Assembly: GCA_045531035.1 (NCBI GenBank)
Contig: JAZSDF010000083.1
Coordinates: 4,837 to 68,836 of the forward strand
From: Acutalibacteraceae bacterium
Lineage (GTDB): Bacteria > Bacillota > Clostridia > Oscillospirales > Acutalibacteraceae
Direction of reading: 5' to 3'
DNA: 64,000 nucleotides
Shown here in pieces: positions 27,793 through 38,628 of the stretch (position 1 is its first letter; the number at the start of each line of letters is the position of its first letter). Both the position numbers and the translations under genes were made by a program. The notes under the pieces are model-generated. The model worked only from the letters and a program-made list of their open reading frames with translations. It was not told the origin of the DNA and searched no databases.

Positions 27793-29238
27793 TTATTGAA
27801 GCTCGCCTCTTAAAATCCAGGTGAGTGATTCTGTGACCTTGACATCACGGAAAGAACCGATTACGGATTTATCTGCAGGGAATTCAATAATAATATTCCC
27901 GCCCGTTCTGCCTTCAATCAGTCCGACTTTGCTGACGCTTTCACAAAGAACACGATAAGTTTTACCAACCATCGACGATGTTCTTACTGAAGCGATTTTT
28001 TCCTGTGTGTCAAGAAGCTCTTTAAACCATTTTCCCTTTTCTTCTCTCAAAACAGGATCAGGCATTGATGCCGCCTTTGTTCCAATTCTTGATGAAAAAA
28101 TAAAAGTGTACATTGAAGTGAATTTTGCTTCTTCAACCAAAGAAACTGTATCAAGAAACTCTTCATAAGTTTCCCCGGGAAAACCGACTATTACATCGCT
28201 TGTTACAGATAAATCAGGCATAACCGAATAAGCGTAATTTAACAAATCGAGATATTTTTCTCTTGTATATCTTCTGTTCATTTCAGAGAGAACTCTGTTG
28301 TTTCCGCTCTGGAACGGTAAATGAAGATGTCTTGCAACCTTATTGCACGATGCCATGGTGTCAAGAAGTTCATATGTGCAGTCCTTGGGGTGCGATGTCA
28401 TAAATCTGATTATGAAATCACCCTCAATATCATTGAGTCTGCGAAGCAATTCGGAAAAATTGCAACCGTAGTCGGGATGCTTGCCGTAGGAATTAACATT
28501 CTGACCGAGAAGTGTTATTTCTTTATAGCCTTGCGAAATAAGTAGTTTTGCTTCCTCAACAATCGCCTCGGGATCACGGCTTCTTTCTCTGCCTCTGACA
28601 TAAGGTACGATACAGTAGCTGCAGAAATTATTGCAGCCGTACATTATCGGAAGCCATGCCTTGAATTCGCTGTCACGGTGAACAGGCAACTCTTCAACAA
28701 TAACTCCGTCGTGTTCGGGAAATTCACGGATTTTCTTTCCTCTTGCAAGATTGAGATAAAGGAATTCCGGAAGTCTGTGCATAACATGAATTCCGAAAAC
28801 AATATCAACAAACGGATAGCTTTTCTTTATTTTATCAACAACCCATTGCTGCTGCATCATACAGCCGCAAAGAACTATTTTCATATCACGGTTTGCGGTT
28901 TTCTGCGGTTTGAGTGCACCTACATTGCCGAAAACTCTGTCTTCCGCATGTTCACGGATTGCACAGGTATTATAAAGCACCAAATCTGCTTCCTCAAGAT
29001 TATCGGTTAGAACATATCCCATTTCCTCGAGCATACCTTCAAGTCTTTCGCCATCGGAAACATTACCCTGACATCCGTAGGTATGAACAAATGCTTTAGG
29101 AGATTCAGGATATCTCTGTTCGATTATCTCACGGACAAAAGCGGAATATTCACGCTGTTTTACAAGCTCTTCCGCAGGAACGGAAACGCTGTTTTTATTT
29201 GAAATATCGGACAAGCCATATTCCTCCATATTGAACAT
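27793..29238 (-). CDS. miaB: tRNA methylthiotransferase MiaB
   Basis: Motifs TYGCQGN, NTCAIRE, GCNNFCSYC, GFPGET and a TRAM domain. True start may be TTG 29214 after GGAGG. Confidence 0.96.
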   Translation of the reverse strand: MFNMEEYGLSDISNKNSVSVPAEELVKQREYSAFVREIIEQRYPESPKAFVHTYGCQGNVSDGERLEGMLEEMGYVLTDNLEEADLVLYNTCAIREHAEDRVFGNVGALKPQKTANRDMKIVLCGCMMQQQWVVDKIKKSYPFVDIVFGIHVMHRLPEFLYLNLARGKKIREFPEHDGVIVEELPVHRDSEFKAWLPIMYGCNNFCSYCIVPYVRGRERSRDPEAIVEEAKLLISQGYKEITLLGQNVNSYGKHPDYGCNFSELLRRLNDIEGDFIIRFMTSHPKDCTYELLDTMASCNKVARHLHLPFQSGNNRVLSEMNRRYTREKYLDLLNYAYSVMPDLSVTSDVIVGFPGETYEEFLDTVSLVEEAKFTSMYTFIFSSRIGTKAASMPDPVLREEKGKWFKELLDTQEKIASVRTSSMVGKTYRVLCESVSKVGLIEGRTGGNIIIEFPADKSVIGSFRDVKVTESLTWILRGELQ

Positions 29239-29247
29239 ATATTTGTT

Positions 29248-29276
29248 ATTATATAATAAAAGAACAGATTATTCAA
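29248..29276 (-). promoter_or_regulatory. Putative sigma-A promoter of the miaB operon
   Basis: TTGAAT-N17-TATAAT. Confidence 0.55.
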
Positions 29277-29296
29277 GAGCAAATTGAATAATCTGT
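29264..29296 (-). terminator. Terminator downstream of the DUF3006-like gene
   Basis: Perfect 13-bp inverted repeat ACAGATTATTCAA-N7-TTGAATAATCTGT followed by TCTTTT on the minus strand. Confidence 0.65.
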
Positions 29297-29321
29297 AGCT
29301 TTTTTAATATTAATTTACGGT

Positions 29322-29540
29322 TTATTCATCAAAGAGAATTTCAGCAAGTTCAAAATTATCATTTCTTCGTTTTTCTTCCTCTTCGGGAACGGAGATATAA
29401 TTGCCGTTTTCATCTTCTTCAATGATGCTTCCGACTCTGTAACTGCCGATTATGTTGTCAACAGATAAAAGAATATACTCTTCATTGTCGCCTATACAAA
29501 CCGCAACCTCTTCAATTATTCTGTCAATGCTGTAAAACAT
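29322..29540 (-). CDS. DUF3006-like small protein
   Basis: YSIDRI.EEVAV...G....EEEEKRR...LF pattern; usual partner of the upstream MBL hydrolase; GAGGTG RBS. Confidence 0.7.
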   Translation of the reverse strand: MFYSIDRIIEEVAVCIGDNEEYILLSVDNIIGSYRVGSIIEEDENGNYISVPEEEEKRRNDNFELAEILFDE

Positions 29541-29574
29541 AAATTCACCTCACAAATAATGGTAAATTTAAACA

Positions 29575-30513
29575 TCAAAAATCATAATTAATTTCAATGT
29601 TTTCGCCGTCACTTGTCATAACAATGCTTCCGCAGATATCGGTTCTGTAAACCTCATCGGTATACTTAGCAAGTCTGTTGACAACCTTATCGTGCGGATG
29701 TCCGTAGTCATTGTTTGCACCGCATGAAATAACACAGATTTCGGGACTTACAGCATCAAGAAAATCCTTACACGAGGATGTTGATGAGCCGTGATGTCCG
29801 ACTCTTAAAACATCGCAGTCAAGATTTGCACCGTTTTCAATAATTTCAAGCTCTTCATCTTTTTCCGCATCACCCGTTACAATGAAAGAATTTTCGCCAT
29901 ATGTAATCTTTGTTACGGCAGACATACTGTTAATATCTTCGCAATCATCGGTAACAGGTCCGAGAATTTCAAATTTCGCATCACCAAGCGAATATTTCAA
30001 ACCCGGTTTAGCTGAAATGATTTTTGCGTCGGATTCCTGCAATGCTTTTAAAAACGCTGTGTAAGTGCTGTTGGTGGGAGTCTGTGCCTTTGTAAGTCTG
30101 GGCATAATTATATTATCGGCTTCATATTCCTCAAGAACTTCGGGAATACCGCCGATATGGTCGGAATGTTGATGCGTGGCAATAATATAATCGAGCTTAT
30201 CAATTTTTAATGAGCGAAGATAATTGAGAATTTCTGTTTCATGTCCGTTTTCACCCGCATCAATAAGCAACGCCATATCATCGCAAATAACAAGCGTACA
30301 GTCACCCTGACCTACGTCAATGAAATGAATCGAAAAATCATTGTTGTTTTCTGCATTGTTAATGTTCTGAGTGTTATCGCCGAGAGTGTTGCCGGGATCT
30401 TCAGAAAATTCGCCCCACCATCCCTGTGATGAACCGATTGAAGTAATCACGGCAATTACAAGTACAACAAGCATATAAATAAGCTTTTTATTTTTTGCGC
30501 TTATTTTTTTCAT
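29575..30513 (-). CDS. Membrane-anchored ComEC-like MBL-fold metallohydrolase
   Basis: Motifs [41 protein letters not shown]. Confidence 0.9.
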   Translation of the reverse strand: MKKISAKNKKLIYMLVVLVIAVITSIGSSQGWWGEFSEDPGNTLGDNTQNINNAENNNDFSIHFIDVGQGDCTLVICDDMALLIDAGENGHETEILNYLRSLKIDKLDYIIATHQHSDHIGGIPEVLEEYEADNIIMPRLTKAQTPTNSTYTAFLKALQESDAKIISAKPGLKYSLGDAKFEILGPVTDDCEDINSMSAVTKITYGENSFIVTGDAEKDEELEIIENGANLDCDVLRVGHHGSSTSSCKDFLDAVSPEICVISCGANNDYGHPHDKVVNRLAKYTDEVYRTDICGSIVMTSDGENIEINYDF

Positions 30514-32347
30514 ACTTTCCCCTCTCTCTGCCTTGACTGTTTGCAGGTTTATTCGGAGTTACAAGACTTTTTTCGCCGTAACCGATAAGGTCATGTCTTC
30601 CTGCTTTTTTCAAAGTTTCAATAACAAGACCTTTGTTTTTGGGGTTAAAATACTGCAAAAGTGCTCTCTGCATGGCTTTTTCATGAGGGTCTTTTGCAAC
30701 ATAAACTTCTTTCATGGTATAAGGATCAAGACCCGTATAGAACATACATGTTGAAATGGTACCTGGTGTAGGATAGAAATCCTGAACCTGCTCGGGTCTG
30801 ATACCGATTTTTTTAAGAAACAGAGCAAGCTCAACAGCTTCCTTAAGCGTGCTTCCGGGATGAGACGACATAAGATACGGAACAAGATACTGCTCTTTAC
30901 CCTCATGCTTTGAAAATTTAAAATACTTCTTTGAAAATTCAAGATATGCTTCAATATGAGGCTTGCCCATTTTATCAAGAACAGCCGCCGAACAATGCTC
31001 AGGGGCAACCTTAAGCTGACCGCTGACATGATGAGCAACAAGCTCTCTGAAAAAGGTATCATTCTTATCCGCAAGCATATAATCATACCTTATTCCCGAA
31101 CGGATAAAAACTTTTTTAACATTCGGAAGTGATCGCACCTCACGAAGTATATCGAGATATTCTTCGTGATTTGACTTAAGATTCGGACAAATCTGAGGAG
31201 CAAGACATTTCTTGCCCTTGCAAAGTCCCCTCTTTTCCTGACCTTCACACGAAGGCTGACGGAAATTCGCCGTAGGACCTCCGATATCATGAATATATCC
31301 TTTGAAATCGGGAAGCTGAGTCAATATTTTTGCTTCATCAACAATAGACTTCTTGCTCCTTGTTGTAATATATCTGCCCTGATGAAATGCAAGAGAGCAA
31401 AAATTACATGCACCGAAGCATCCTCTGTTATGCGCAATTGAAAAACGAACTTCTTCAATGCCGGGGACACCGCCCATTGGTTCATACATAGGATGATAAG
31501 TACGCATATAAGGAAGAGCATAAACAACATCAAGTTCTTCCTGTGACAAGGGAATGGCAGGCTGATTCTGAACGAGCATCCTGCTGCCGTGACGCTGTTT
31601 TATTGCTTTCCCTCTGAAAAAATCCTGTTCATCCTGCTGTATTCTGCAAGAAACGGCATACTCTTTTTTAGAATAACAAACGTTATCAAAAGACGGACAT
31701 TCCGTACCGTAATAAGGTGTTTCCCTAACATCTACGCTGTAGCAAGTCCCTCTTATATCACGGATATCGGAGATTTTTTCTCCGCCATCAAGTCTTTGAG
31801 CAATTTCAAGTATTGAGCGCTCACCCATACCGAACGAAAGTAAATCTGCTTGTGAGTCAAATAGAATTGAACGGCGGATTTTATCATCCCAATAGTCATA
31901 ATGTGCAAAACGTCGAAGCGATGCTTCCAAACCGCCGATTATTATCGGAACATCACCGTAGATTTCTCTTATTTTATTGCAATAAACAACAACTGCTCTG
32001 TCGGGTCTTAAACCGATTTTTCCGCCGGGGCTGTAATAATCCGAACTGCGTTTTTTCTTTGCAGCCGTATAATGCGCAACCATTGAATCAATGTTTCCGC
32101 TGCTGACAAGAAAACCGAGACGAGGTTTTCCGAACCGCATAAAATCATCGGCTTTTTTCCAGTCGGGCTGAGCAAGAAAAGCAACCTTGAAACCTGCATT
32201 TTCAAGCACTCTTGTAATTATTGCTGCACCGAAAGCAGGATGGTCAACATAAGCATCACCGTTGACATAAATAAAATCAGCTTGCTCCCATCCTCTTTCA
32301 GTCATTTCTTTTTTTGTAACGGGTAAAAATCCGTTTATATTATTCAA
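30488..32347 (-). CDS. YgiQ (UPF0313) family radical SAM protein
   Basis: Motifs [31 protein letters not shown]. Start reassigned to TTG 32347 after GGAGG. Confidence 0.95.
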   Translation of the reverse strand: MNNINGFLPVTKKEMTERGWEQADFIYVNGDAYVDHPAFGAAIITRVLENAGFKVAFLAQPDWKKADDFMRFGKPRLGFLVSSGNIDSMVAHYTAAKKKRSSDYYSPGGKIGLRPDRAVVVYCNKIREIYGDVPIIIGGLEASLRRFAHYDYWDDKIRRSILFDSQADLLSFGMGERSILEIAQRLDGGEKISDIRDIRGTCYSVDVRETPYYGTECPSFDNVCYSKKEYAVSCRIQQDEQDFFRGKAIKQRHGSRMLVQNQPAIPLSQEELDVVYALPYMRTYHPMYEPMGGVPGIEEVRFSIAHNRGCFGACNFCSLAFHQGRYITTRSKKSIVDEAKILTQLPDFKGYIHDIGGPTANFRQPSCEGQEKRGLCKGKKCLAPQICPNLKSNHEEYLDILREVRSLPNVKKVFIRSGIRYDYMLADKNDTFFRELVAHHVSGQLKVAPEHCSAAVLDKMGKPHIEAYLEFSKKYFKFSKHEGKEQYLVPYLMSSHPGSTLKEAVELALFLKKIGIRPEQVQDFYPTPGTISTCMFYTGLDPYTMKEVYVAKDPHEKAMQRALLQYFNPKNKGLVIETLKKAGRHDLIGYGEKSLVTPNKPANSQGRERGKYEKNKRKK

Positions 32348-34895
32348 AGTCATCCTCCGAACCTGCATAATCGTCATCATCCGCAAAAACATCGTCAATG
32401 TTTGGTGCCGAACCTGCTCCGTCGGCAAGTGCCTGCATTTCATACCACTGCTGTTTTGTTATGAGAACAGCTCTCGGTTTTGCGCCCTCCGAAGGACCTA
32501 CAATACCCTTTTCTTCAAGCTGATCCATAACTCTCGAGGCTCTTGCATATCCAAGCTTTAATTTTTTCTGAAGCATAGTTGTTGAAGCACCGCCTGCTGT
32601 AACAACAACTTCGATTGCTTCGTTAAGCATGGGATCGTAATCGTCCTCTTCAGTTTCATCCGTAATCTTTTTCTTTGCATTTTCGGATGCCGCTGCCTTG
32701 GCTTCGATTTCATGCATTGTTTCTTCGTTATATGTGGTCTGAAGCTGAGATTTAATGTGATTAACAACATTTTCAACTTCTGCGTCTGAAATAAAGCAAC
32801 CCTGAACACGGGTAGGTTTCGATGAGCCGACGGGATTAAAGAGCATATCGCCGTTACCGAGAAGTTTTTCTGCACCGACAGCATCAAGAATTGTTCTTGA
32901 GTCAACCTGTGATGAAACAGAAAGTGCAATTCGGCTGGGAATATTAGCTTTAATAATACCCGTAATAACATCAACGGAAGGTCTTTGGGTGGCAATAACA
33001 AGATGAATACCTGCTGCTCTCGCCATCTGAGCAAGACGCTGAATACAATCTTCAACTTCTTTCGGAGATACCATCATAAGGTCTGAAAGTTCATCGATAA
33101 AAATAACAATCTGATGCATTTTGACAAGGTCATCCCTTGTTTCGCAAAGCTTATTGAATCCCTTGATATCTCTTACGCTGTTTTCGGAGAATTGCTTATA
33201 TCTCTTTTCCATTTCTCCAACTGCCCATCCGAGTGCACCTGCAGCTTTTCGAGGATTTGAAACAACCGGTACTTCAAGATGAGCAATTCCGTTATAAACC
33301 GTAAATTCAACCATCTTCGGGTCAATCATCAGGAGCTTAACTTCATCGGGAGAAGCGTTGTAAAGAATACTTACAATCATCGAGTTAAGGCAGACAGACT
33401 TACCTGAACCGGTTGTACCTGCAACGAGAAGATGAGGCATTTTTGCAAGGTCGGCACAAATGATATTGCCGGTAATATCCTTGCCGAGTGCAACTGTAAG
33501 TTTACTCTTTGCATCTCTGAACTGAGGAGTATCAATGATTTCTCGCATTGTAACCATTGATTTTGCGCTGTTTGGCACCTCAATACCGATTGCTGATTTA
33601 CCGGGAATAGGTGCTTCGATACGAACACTTGTTGCTGCAAGACGAAGTGCAATATCATCGGATAGATTTGTAATTTTATTGATTCTCACTCCCGCTTCAG
33701 GTACAAGTTCATATCTTGTTACGGAAGGACCCCTGCATATATTTGTTACTTCCGCATTAATTTTAAAGCTCTCGAGGGTTGTCAGAAGCTTCTGTGCTCC
33801 AAGCTGCATTTCAGTCATATTATCGAGACCTGTTTCTTTCTCAACAATATTCAGACAATCAATCGGCGGATAAATATAGCCTTGTTTTTCACCTTCGTTT
33901 AATTCGGGAAGGATTTCAACGGGAATTTCCTCAGGCTCAGAAATCGGTTCTCCGTCAGGCACGGGAGGAGCCTTCTTTTTGCGCTTGGGTTTTGTTTCTT
34001 TTACAGCTTCTTCAATTGTTTCTTCAATAATATCCGTAGTTTCAGCATTGGGGAGCTTAACAACGGGAATTTCGGGAAGAGGATTATTATCAACCGGAGC
34101 AAATGTTGATTCGTCTGTTATAAAATTATCCTCAAATTTTTCAACAGCAACTGTCGGTTTTTTCGGAGGATTGAAAGCTTTTTTGTTTTCTTTTTCCTTT
34201 TCTCTCTCCGCCTCAAGCTGTTCACGTCTTGCAGCGTTCTGTTCAAGTTTTTCATTTGTCAACTCACCAACGCGTTTAACCGGCTTTCTGATTGCATTAA
34301 CAAGATTCAACAAAGTTGTACCGGTGAGAAACATCGCAAGAACAACCAAAAGAATGATAACAGTAATTGCTGCACCTGTTTTTCCGAAAAGCTTTGATAT
34401 AAGTCCTCCGATAACAGCACCTAGAACTCCCCCGTTACCGAGAGCTTCAGCCTTATTCCATGCATCAGCAATTTGAATACCCGTTCCAATTTCGCTGAGA
34501 TACTGTGCTTCATTTGTAAAAATATGTACCGCACCGCTGAGCAATGCAACAAATCCGCCGACACCTGTGAGATTTGCAGCAATACTTCCGAGCGGCTTAT
34601 CCTTTGCATAAACAAAAGCCATGTAAATAAGCATAACAGGAATAAGATATGCGCAAAAACCGAATATACCGAACATAGCATTATGAAGGTGAAACCAGAC
34701 GCTTTCACCTTTTATAAATGCAACGCAAAAAAGGAATACAGCAGCAGCCATCAGAACAATGGCATATTTCTGCCTTTTAACAGTTTGAGAAACTTCTTTT
34801 TTAGGACTTTCCTTCGCAACAGACTTTGCACTTTTTGAAGCTGATGAAGTCTTTGACTGCGTTGTTTTTTTCTTTTTATTCTGAGTGTTTGCCAT
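32340..34895 (-). CDS. ftsK: DNA translocase FtsK/SpoIIIE
   Basis: N-terminal TMs; motifs [26 protein letters not shown]; gamma domain GYARASR. Confidence 0.97.
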   Translation of the reverse strand: MANTQNKKKKTTQSKTSSASKSAKSVAKESPKKEVSQTVKRQKYAIVLMAAAVFLFCVAFIKGESVWFHLHNAMFGIFGFCAYLIPVMLIYMAFVYAKDKPLGSIAANLTGVGGFVALLSGAVHIFTNEAQYLSEIGTGIQIADAWNKAEALGNGGVLGAVIGGLISKLFGKTGAAITVIILLVVLAMFLTGTTLLNLVNAIRKPVKRVGELTNEKLEQNAARREQLEAEREKEKENKKAFNPPKKPTVAVEKFEDNFITDESTFAPVDNNPLPEIPVVKLPNAETTDIIEETIEEAVKETKPKRKKKAPPVPDGEPISEPEEIPVEILPELNEGEKQGYIYPPIDCLNIVEKETGLDNMTEMQLGAQKLLTTLESFKINAEVTNICRGPSVTRYELVPEAGVRINKITNLSDDIALRLAATSVRIEAPIPGKSAIGIEVPNSAKSMVTMREIIDTPQFRDAKSKLTVALGKDITGNIICADLAKMPHLLVAGTTGSGKSVCLNSMIVSILYNASPDEVKLLMIDPKMVEFTVYNGIAHLEVPVVSNPRKAAGALGWAVGEMEKRYKQFSENSVRDIKGFNKLCETRDDLVKMHQIVIFIDELSDLMMVSPKEVEDCIQRLAQMARAAGIHLVIATQRPSVDVITGIIKANIPSRIALSVSSQVDSRTILDAVGAEKLLGNGDMLFNPVGSSKPTRVQGCFISDAEVENVVNHIKSQLQTTYNEETMHEIEAKAAASENAKKKITDETEEDDYDPMLNEAIEVVVTAGGASTTMLQKKLKLGYARASRVMDQLEEKGIVGPSEGAKPRAVLITKQQWYEMQALADGAGSAPNIDDVFADDDDYAGSEDDFE

Positions 34896-34900
34896 TTATG

Positions 34901-35671
34901 TCATCCTTTCGGAGAACAATTTGTCTCCTCGTTTTTATTTATCAAATCATATAAACAGTTGAGTGCATCGGATAAACTTCCAAGTGAATCAATAAGCCCC
35001 TCATTAACTGCAGCTTCTCCGCTGAGAACGGTTCCGACATCCATTACAAGTTCACCGGTTGCAAGCATCATTTCGCGGAATCTGTCGGGTTTAATATCTG
35101 AATTATCAGAAACAAATCGAACTATTCTTTCCTGCATCTGCTCAAAATATGAGAGTGTCTGAGGTACACCGAGAACAAGACCGTTCATTCTTACGGGGTG
35201 AATAGTCATTGTTGCAGACGGTGTTATAAAAGAACGGTCAGCTGAAACAGCAAGCGGAACACCGATTGAATGTCCTCCGCCGAGAACCAATGAAACCGTC
35301 GGAGTTTTCATTCCCGAAATTAATTCGGCAATCGCAAGACCTGCTTCAATGTCTCCGCCAACAGTGTTGAGGATTAAAATAAGACCGTCGACCTCATCGC
35401 TTTCTTCAATAGCAACGAGCTGAGGAATTACGTGCTCATATTTTGTCGTTTTATTCTGTGCAGGAAGAATGTAATGCCCCTCAATCTGACCGATAACAGT
35501 CAGACAATGTATGAGATGTTCTCCTTTTTTTACAGTTACTGAACCGGTTTCAATAATACCGTTCAACGCAGATGAATCATCTGAATCCTCACTTCTTCCG
35601 CTGCTCAGATCAGGTGCCTGCCAAGGAGGCGAAGGAAGAAAGAAATTGTTCTTTTTATTCTTATTGCTCAT
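34901..35671 (-). CDS. tepA: ClpP-like translocation-enhancing protein TepA
   Basis: Motifs GQIEGH, NKTTKYEH, NTVGGD, GGGHSIGVP; directly upstream of spoIIIE/ftsK as in other spore-formers. Confidence 0.88.
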   Translation of the reverse strand: MSNKNKKNNFFLPSPPWQAPDLSSGRSEDSDDSSALNGIIETGSVTVKKGEHLIHCLTVIGQIEGHYILPAQNKTTKYEHVIPQLVAIEESDEVDGLILILNTVGGDIEAGLAIAELISGMKTPTVSLVLGGGHSIGVPLAVSADRSFITPSATMTIHPVRMNGLVLGVPQTLSYFEQMQERIVRFVSDNSDIKPDRFREMMLATGELVMDVGTVLSGEAAVNEGLIDSLGSLSDALNCLYDLINKNEETNCSPKG

Positions 35672-35704
35672 TAAATCGCAACCTTTCAATCGATTAAACA
35701 CAAA

Positions 35705-35734
35705 TAGTATTTGACCAAAAGGTACAATTTAACC
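35705..35734 (-). promoter_or_regulatory. Possible forespore sigma-F/G-type promoter of tepA
   Basis: GGTTA-N18-AATACTA on the minus strand, resembling sigF/sigG consensus. Confidence 0.3.
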
Positions 35735-35805
35735 ATTTTAAATATTATATCATTTTAATAATTTTATTGCAATAACAAAAACGCAATATTTCGATATATT
35801 TCGTA

Positions 35806-35834
35806 TTGACGTATGAATATTTTGTGGTTATTAT
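35806..35834 (+). promoter_or_regulatory. Putative sigma-A promoter of the sirtuin gene
   Basis: TTGACG-N17-TATTAT. Confidence 0.55.
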
Positions 35835-35864
35835 AGTTTTATAATGATTTGCGAGGTATAAATC

Positions 35865-36584
35865 ATGGACAAAATAAAAGATTTAAATCAAATGATTTGT
35901 GAATGTAATAATATTGTTTTCTTTGGCGGAGCCGGTGTTTCAACCGAAAGCGGAGTAAAAGATTTTCGTTCTGCCGAAGGAATTTACAGCATGAATTATA
36001 AATTTCCTCCCGAAGAAGTTTTAAGTCATACATTTTATGAAAATCATACCGATGATTTTTATGATTTTTACAGAAAATATCTGTGTTTCCCCGATGCAAA
36101 ACCTAATAAAGCACACCTCAAACTTGCAGAGCTTGAAAAAGTCGGAAAAATTAAAGCTGTCATTACACAAAATGTTGACGGTCTTCATCAACTTGCAGGA
36201 AGTAAAAATGTTTTTGAAATTCACGGTTCAGCATTGAGGAACTACTGCGAAAAATGCGGAAAGTTTTATGATTTCTATTCGGTTTATAATTCAAAAGATA
36301 TACCGAGATGCGAGTGCGGAGGGATCATAAAACCCGATGTCGTTTTATATGAAGAAGCACTTGATGAAAAAATTATTTATGGAGCAATCAATGCAATTTC
36401 AAACGCAGATATGTTGATTGTTGCGGGCACATCATTGAAAGTTTATCCTGCAGCTGGATTCATACGATATTTCCAAGGGAAGCATCTTGTTTTAATAAAC
36501 ACAGAGAAAACAGATATGGATTCTGATTTCAGCTTGATAATACACGAAAAAGTCGGAAACGTTCTTGATAAAATTAAAATATAG
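35865..36584 (+). CDS. cobB: NAD-dependent protein deacylase (Sir2 family)
   Basis: Motifs GGAGVSTESG..DFRS, TQNVDGLH, HG, two Zn-binding Cys pairs (CEKC, CEC), GTSLKVYPAA. Confidence 0.96.
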   Translation: MDKIKDLNQMICECNNIVFFGGAGVSTESGVKDFRSAEGIYSMNYKFPPEEVLSHTFYENHTDDFYDFYRKYLCFPDAKPNKAHLKLAELEKVGKIKAVITQNVDGLHQLAGSKNVFEIHGSALRNYCEKCGKFYDFYSVYNSKDIPRCECGGIIKPDVVLYEEALDEKIIYGAINAISNADMLIVAGTSLKVYPAAGFIRYFQGKHLVLINTEKTDMDSDFSLIIHEKVGNVLDKIKI

Positions 36585-36587
36585 AAA

Positions 36588-36624
36588 AACCGCCTGTTCA
36601 AAGTTTTACTTCAAACAGGCGGTT
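36588..36624. terminator. Bidirectional terminator between cobB and pckG
   Basis: AACCGCCTGTT...AACAGGCGGTT inverted repeat. Confidence 0.8.
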
Positions 36625-36637
36625 AAAATTTTATAAT

Positions 36638-38419
36638 TTATTTGCTGATGTTTTCCTTGAGTGTTTCAAGTTCATCCTTAAGAGTTGCGGGGAGTCTGTC
36701 AAACTTTGCATAGAATTCTTCTATACCTGCAACTTCATCCTTCCAAAGAGCTGTATCAACGCTGAGGAGTTCTTTAAGCTGTGCATCGCTTACTTCATCC
36801 TCAATACCTTCGAGGTTGATATCCTCAGCCTTGGGAACAAAACCGATAGCTGTTTCATCAGCATCAACCTTACCTTCACAACGGTCGATAATCCAATCAA
36901 GAACACGAAGATTATCGCCGAAGCCGGGCCACATGAAGTTGCCTTCATCATCCTTACGGAACCAGTTAACATTGAAAATCTTGGGAGCCTTTTCGGGATC
37001 AAGACCTGCACCGATGTTTATCCAATGCTGCCAGTAGTCAGCCATATTATAGCCGCAGAAAGGAAGCATTGCCATGGGATCACGACGAACAACACCTACT
37101 GCACCTGCAGCTGCCGCTGTTGTTTCGGAAGCCATGATTGAACCAACGAATACGCCGTGATTCCAGCTTCTTGACTGATAAACGAGAGGAGCAAGCTTTG
37201 CACGTCTGCCGCCGAATACGATAGCCGAAACAGGGACACCGTTGGGATTTTCAAATTCTGAGCTGATACAGGGACAGTTCTTTGCAGGAGCTGTAAAACG
37301 GCTGTTGGGATGTGCACCCTTTTCTTCGCTTTCCTTACCGTTCCAGGGATTACCCTTCCATTCAATTGCATTTGCGGGAGGATTCTTGTCGAGACCTTCC
37401 CACCAAACTGTATTATCATCAAGGTTGTGAGCAACGTTGGTGAAAATTGTGCCCTTTCTTGTTGAAGCGAGAGCATTGGGATTTGACTTTTCGTTTGTTC
37501 CGGGTGCAACACCGAAGAAACCGTTTTCGGGGTTAATTGCATAAAGTCTGCCGTCTTCACCCTTACGGATCCATGAAATATCGTCACCTACGCACCATAC
37601 ACGGTAGCCATTCTTATAATATCCCTCGGGAGGAATAAGCATAGCAAGGTTGGTCTTGCCGCAAGCTGAGGGGAATGCAGCACAAATATATTTGATTTCG
37701 CCGTTGGGCTTCTGAAGACCGAGAATAAGCATATGCTCTGCCTGCCAACCTTCATTCTTTCCTTGATATGAAGCGATACGAAGAGCAAAGCACTTTTTAC
37801 CGAGAAGAACGTTTCCGCCGTAACCTGAGTTAACTGAAATAATTGTGTTATCCTGAGGAAACTGGCAGATATATCTCTTCTCTTCGTCGATGTCACACTT
37901 GCAGTGAAGACCGCGAACCCAATCTTCGCTGTCACCGAGAGCCTTGAGAACATCTGTGCCGACTCTTGTCATGATAACCATGTTGAGAACAACATAGATT
38001 GAGTCTGTAAGTTCAATACCGATTTTTGAGAATTTTGAACCAACGGGACCCATTGAATAAGGAATAACATACATGGTTCTGCCTTTGTAGCTATCCTTAG
38101 CGATAGCATAAAGCATTTTATATGCTTCTGCGGTATCCATCCAGTTGTTTGTGGGGCCTGCTTCCTCCTTTGTGGGAGCACAAATGAAGGTTCTGCCTTC
38201 AACACGAGCAACATCGTTAACTGCAGTTCTGTGAAGATAGCAGTCGGGAAGAATTTCCTGATTGAGCTTAATCATTTCGCCTGTTGAACATGCTTCTGCA
38301 CGAAGAGCTTCAATCTGTTCTTCAGAGCCGTCAATCCAGACAACTTTTTCAGGTTTAACGAGATCAATTTTTTCGTTAATCCATGAAAGTACACTTTTAT
38401 TAGAAGTCATATTTTCCAT
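36638..38419 (-). CDS. pckG: Phosphoenolpyruvate carboxykinase (GTP)
   Basis: Motifs DVARVE, FPSACGKTNLAM, VGDDI, HPNSRF, DPMAMLPFCGYN. Confidence 0.98.
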   Translation of the reverse strand: MENMTSNKSVLSWINEKIDLVKPEKVVWIDGSEEQIEALRAEACSTGEMIKLNQEILPDCYLHRTAVNDVARVEGRTFICAPTKEEAGPTNNWMDTAEAYKMLYAIAKDSYKGRTMYVIPYSMGPVGSKFSKIGIELTDSIYVVLNMVIMTRVGTDVLKALGDSEDWVRGLHCKCDIDEEKRYICQFPQDNTIISVNSGYGGNVLLGKKCFALRIASYQGKNEGWQAEHMLILGLQKPNGEIKYICAAFPSACGKTNLAMLIPPEGYYKNGYRVWCVGDDISWIRKGEDGRLYAINPENGFFGVAPGTNEKSNPNALASTRKGTIFTNVAHNLDDNTVWWEGLDKNPPANAIEWKGNPWNGKESEEKGAHPNSRFTAPAKNCPCISSEFENPNGVPVSAIVFGGRRAKLAPLVYQSRSWNHGVFVGSIMASETTAAAAGAVGVVRRDPMAMLPFCGYNMADYWQHWINIGAGLDPEKAPKIFNVNWFRKDDEGNFMWPGFGDNLRVLDWIIDRCEGKVDADETAIGFVPKAEDINLEGIEDEVSDAQLKELLSVDTALWKDEVAGIEEFYAKFDRLPATLKDELETLKENISK

Positions 38420-38540
38420 AATATATTCTCCTTTCTTACGGAAAAACCAACAAAATTTAACAAATTAATTTGCGGAAAAAGAATTGTTTTTTACCTTTCG
38501 ACAAACACACGCTAAAGGTTTTCCAACTTTATCCATAATA

Positions 38541-38568
38541 ATTATATCATGTTTTCTTGTAAAGTCAA
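38541..38568 (-). promoter_or_regulatory. Putative sigma-A promoter of pckG
   Basis: TTGACT-N16-TATAAT with extended -10 TG. Confidence 0.55.
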
Positions 38569-38628
38569 TAGAGGATATAAATTTTGCATAAATGAATTGT
38601 CAAAAATTCATTTTATCGATATATTTTA

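Noticed and set aside
29575-30513. ComEC competence channel
   Set aside because: Only the MBL domain is present; the multi-TM competence domain is absent.
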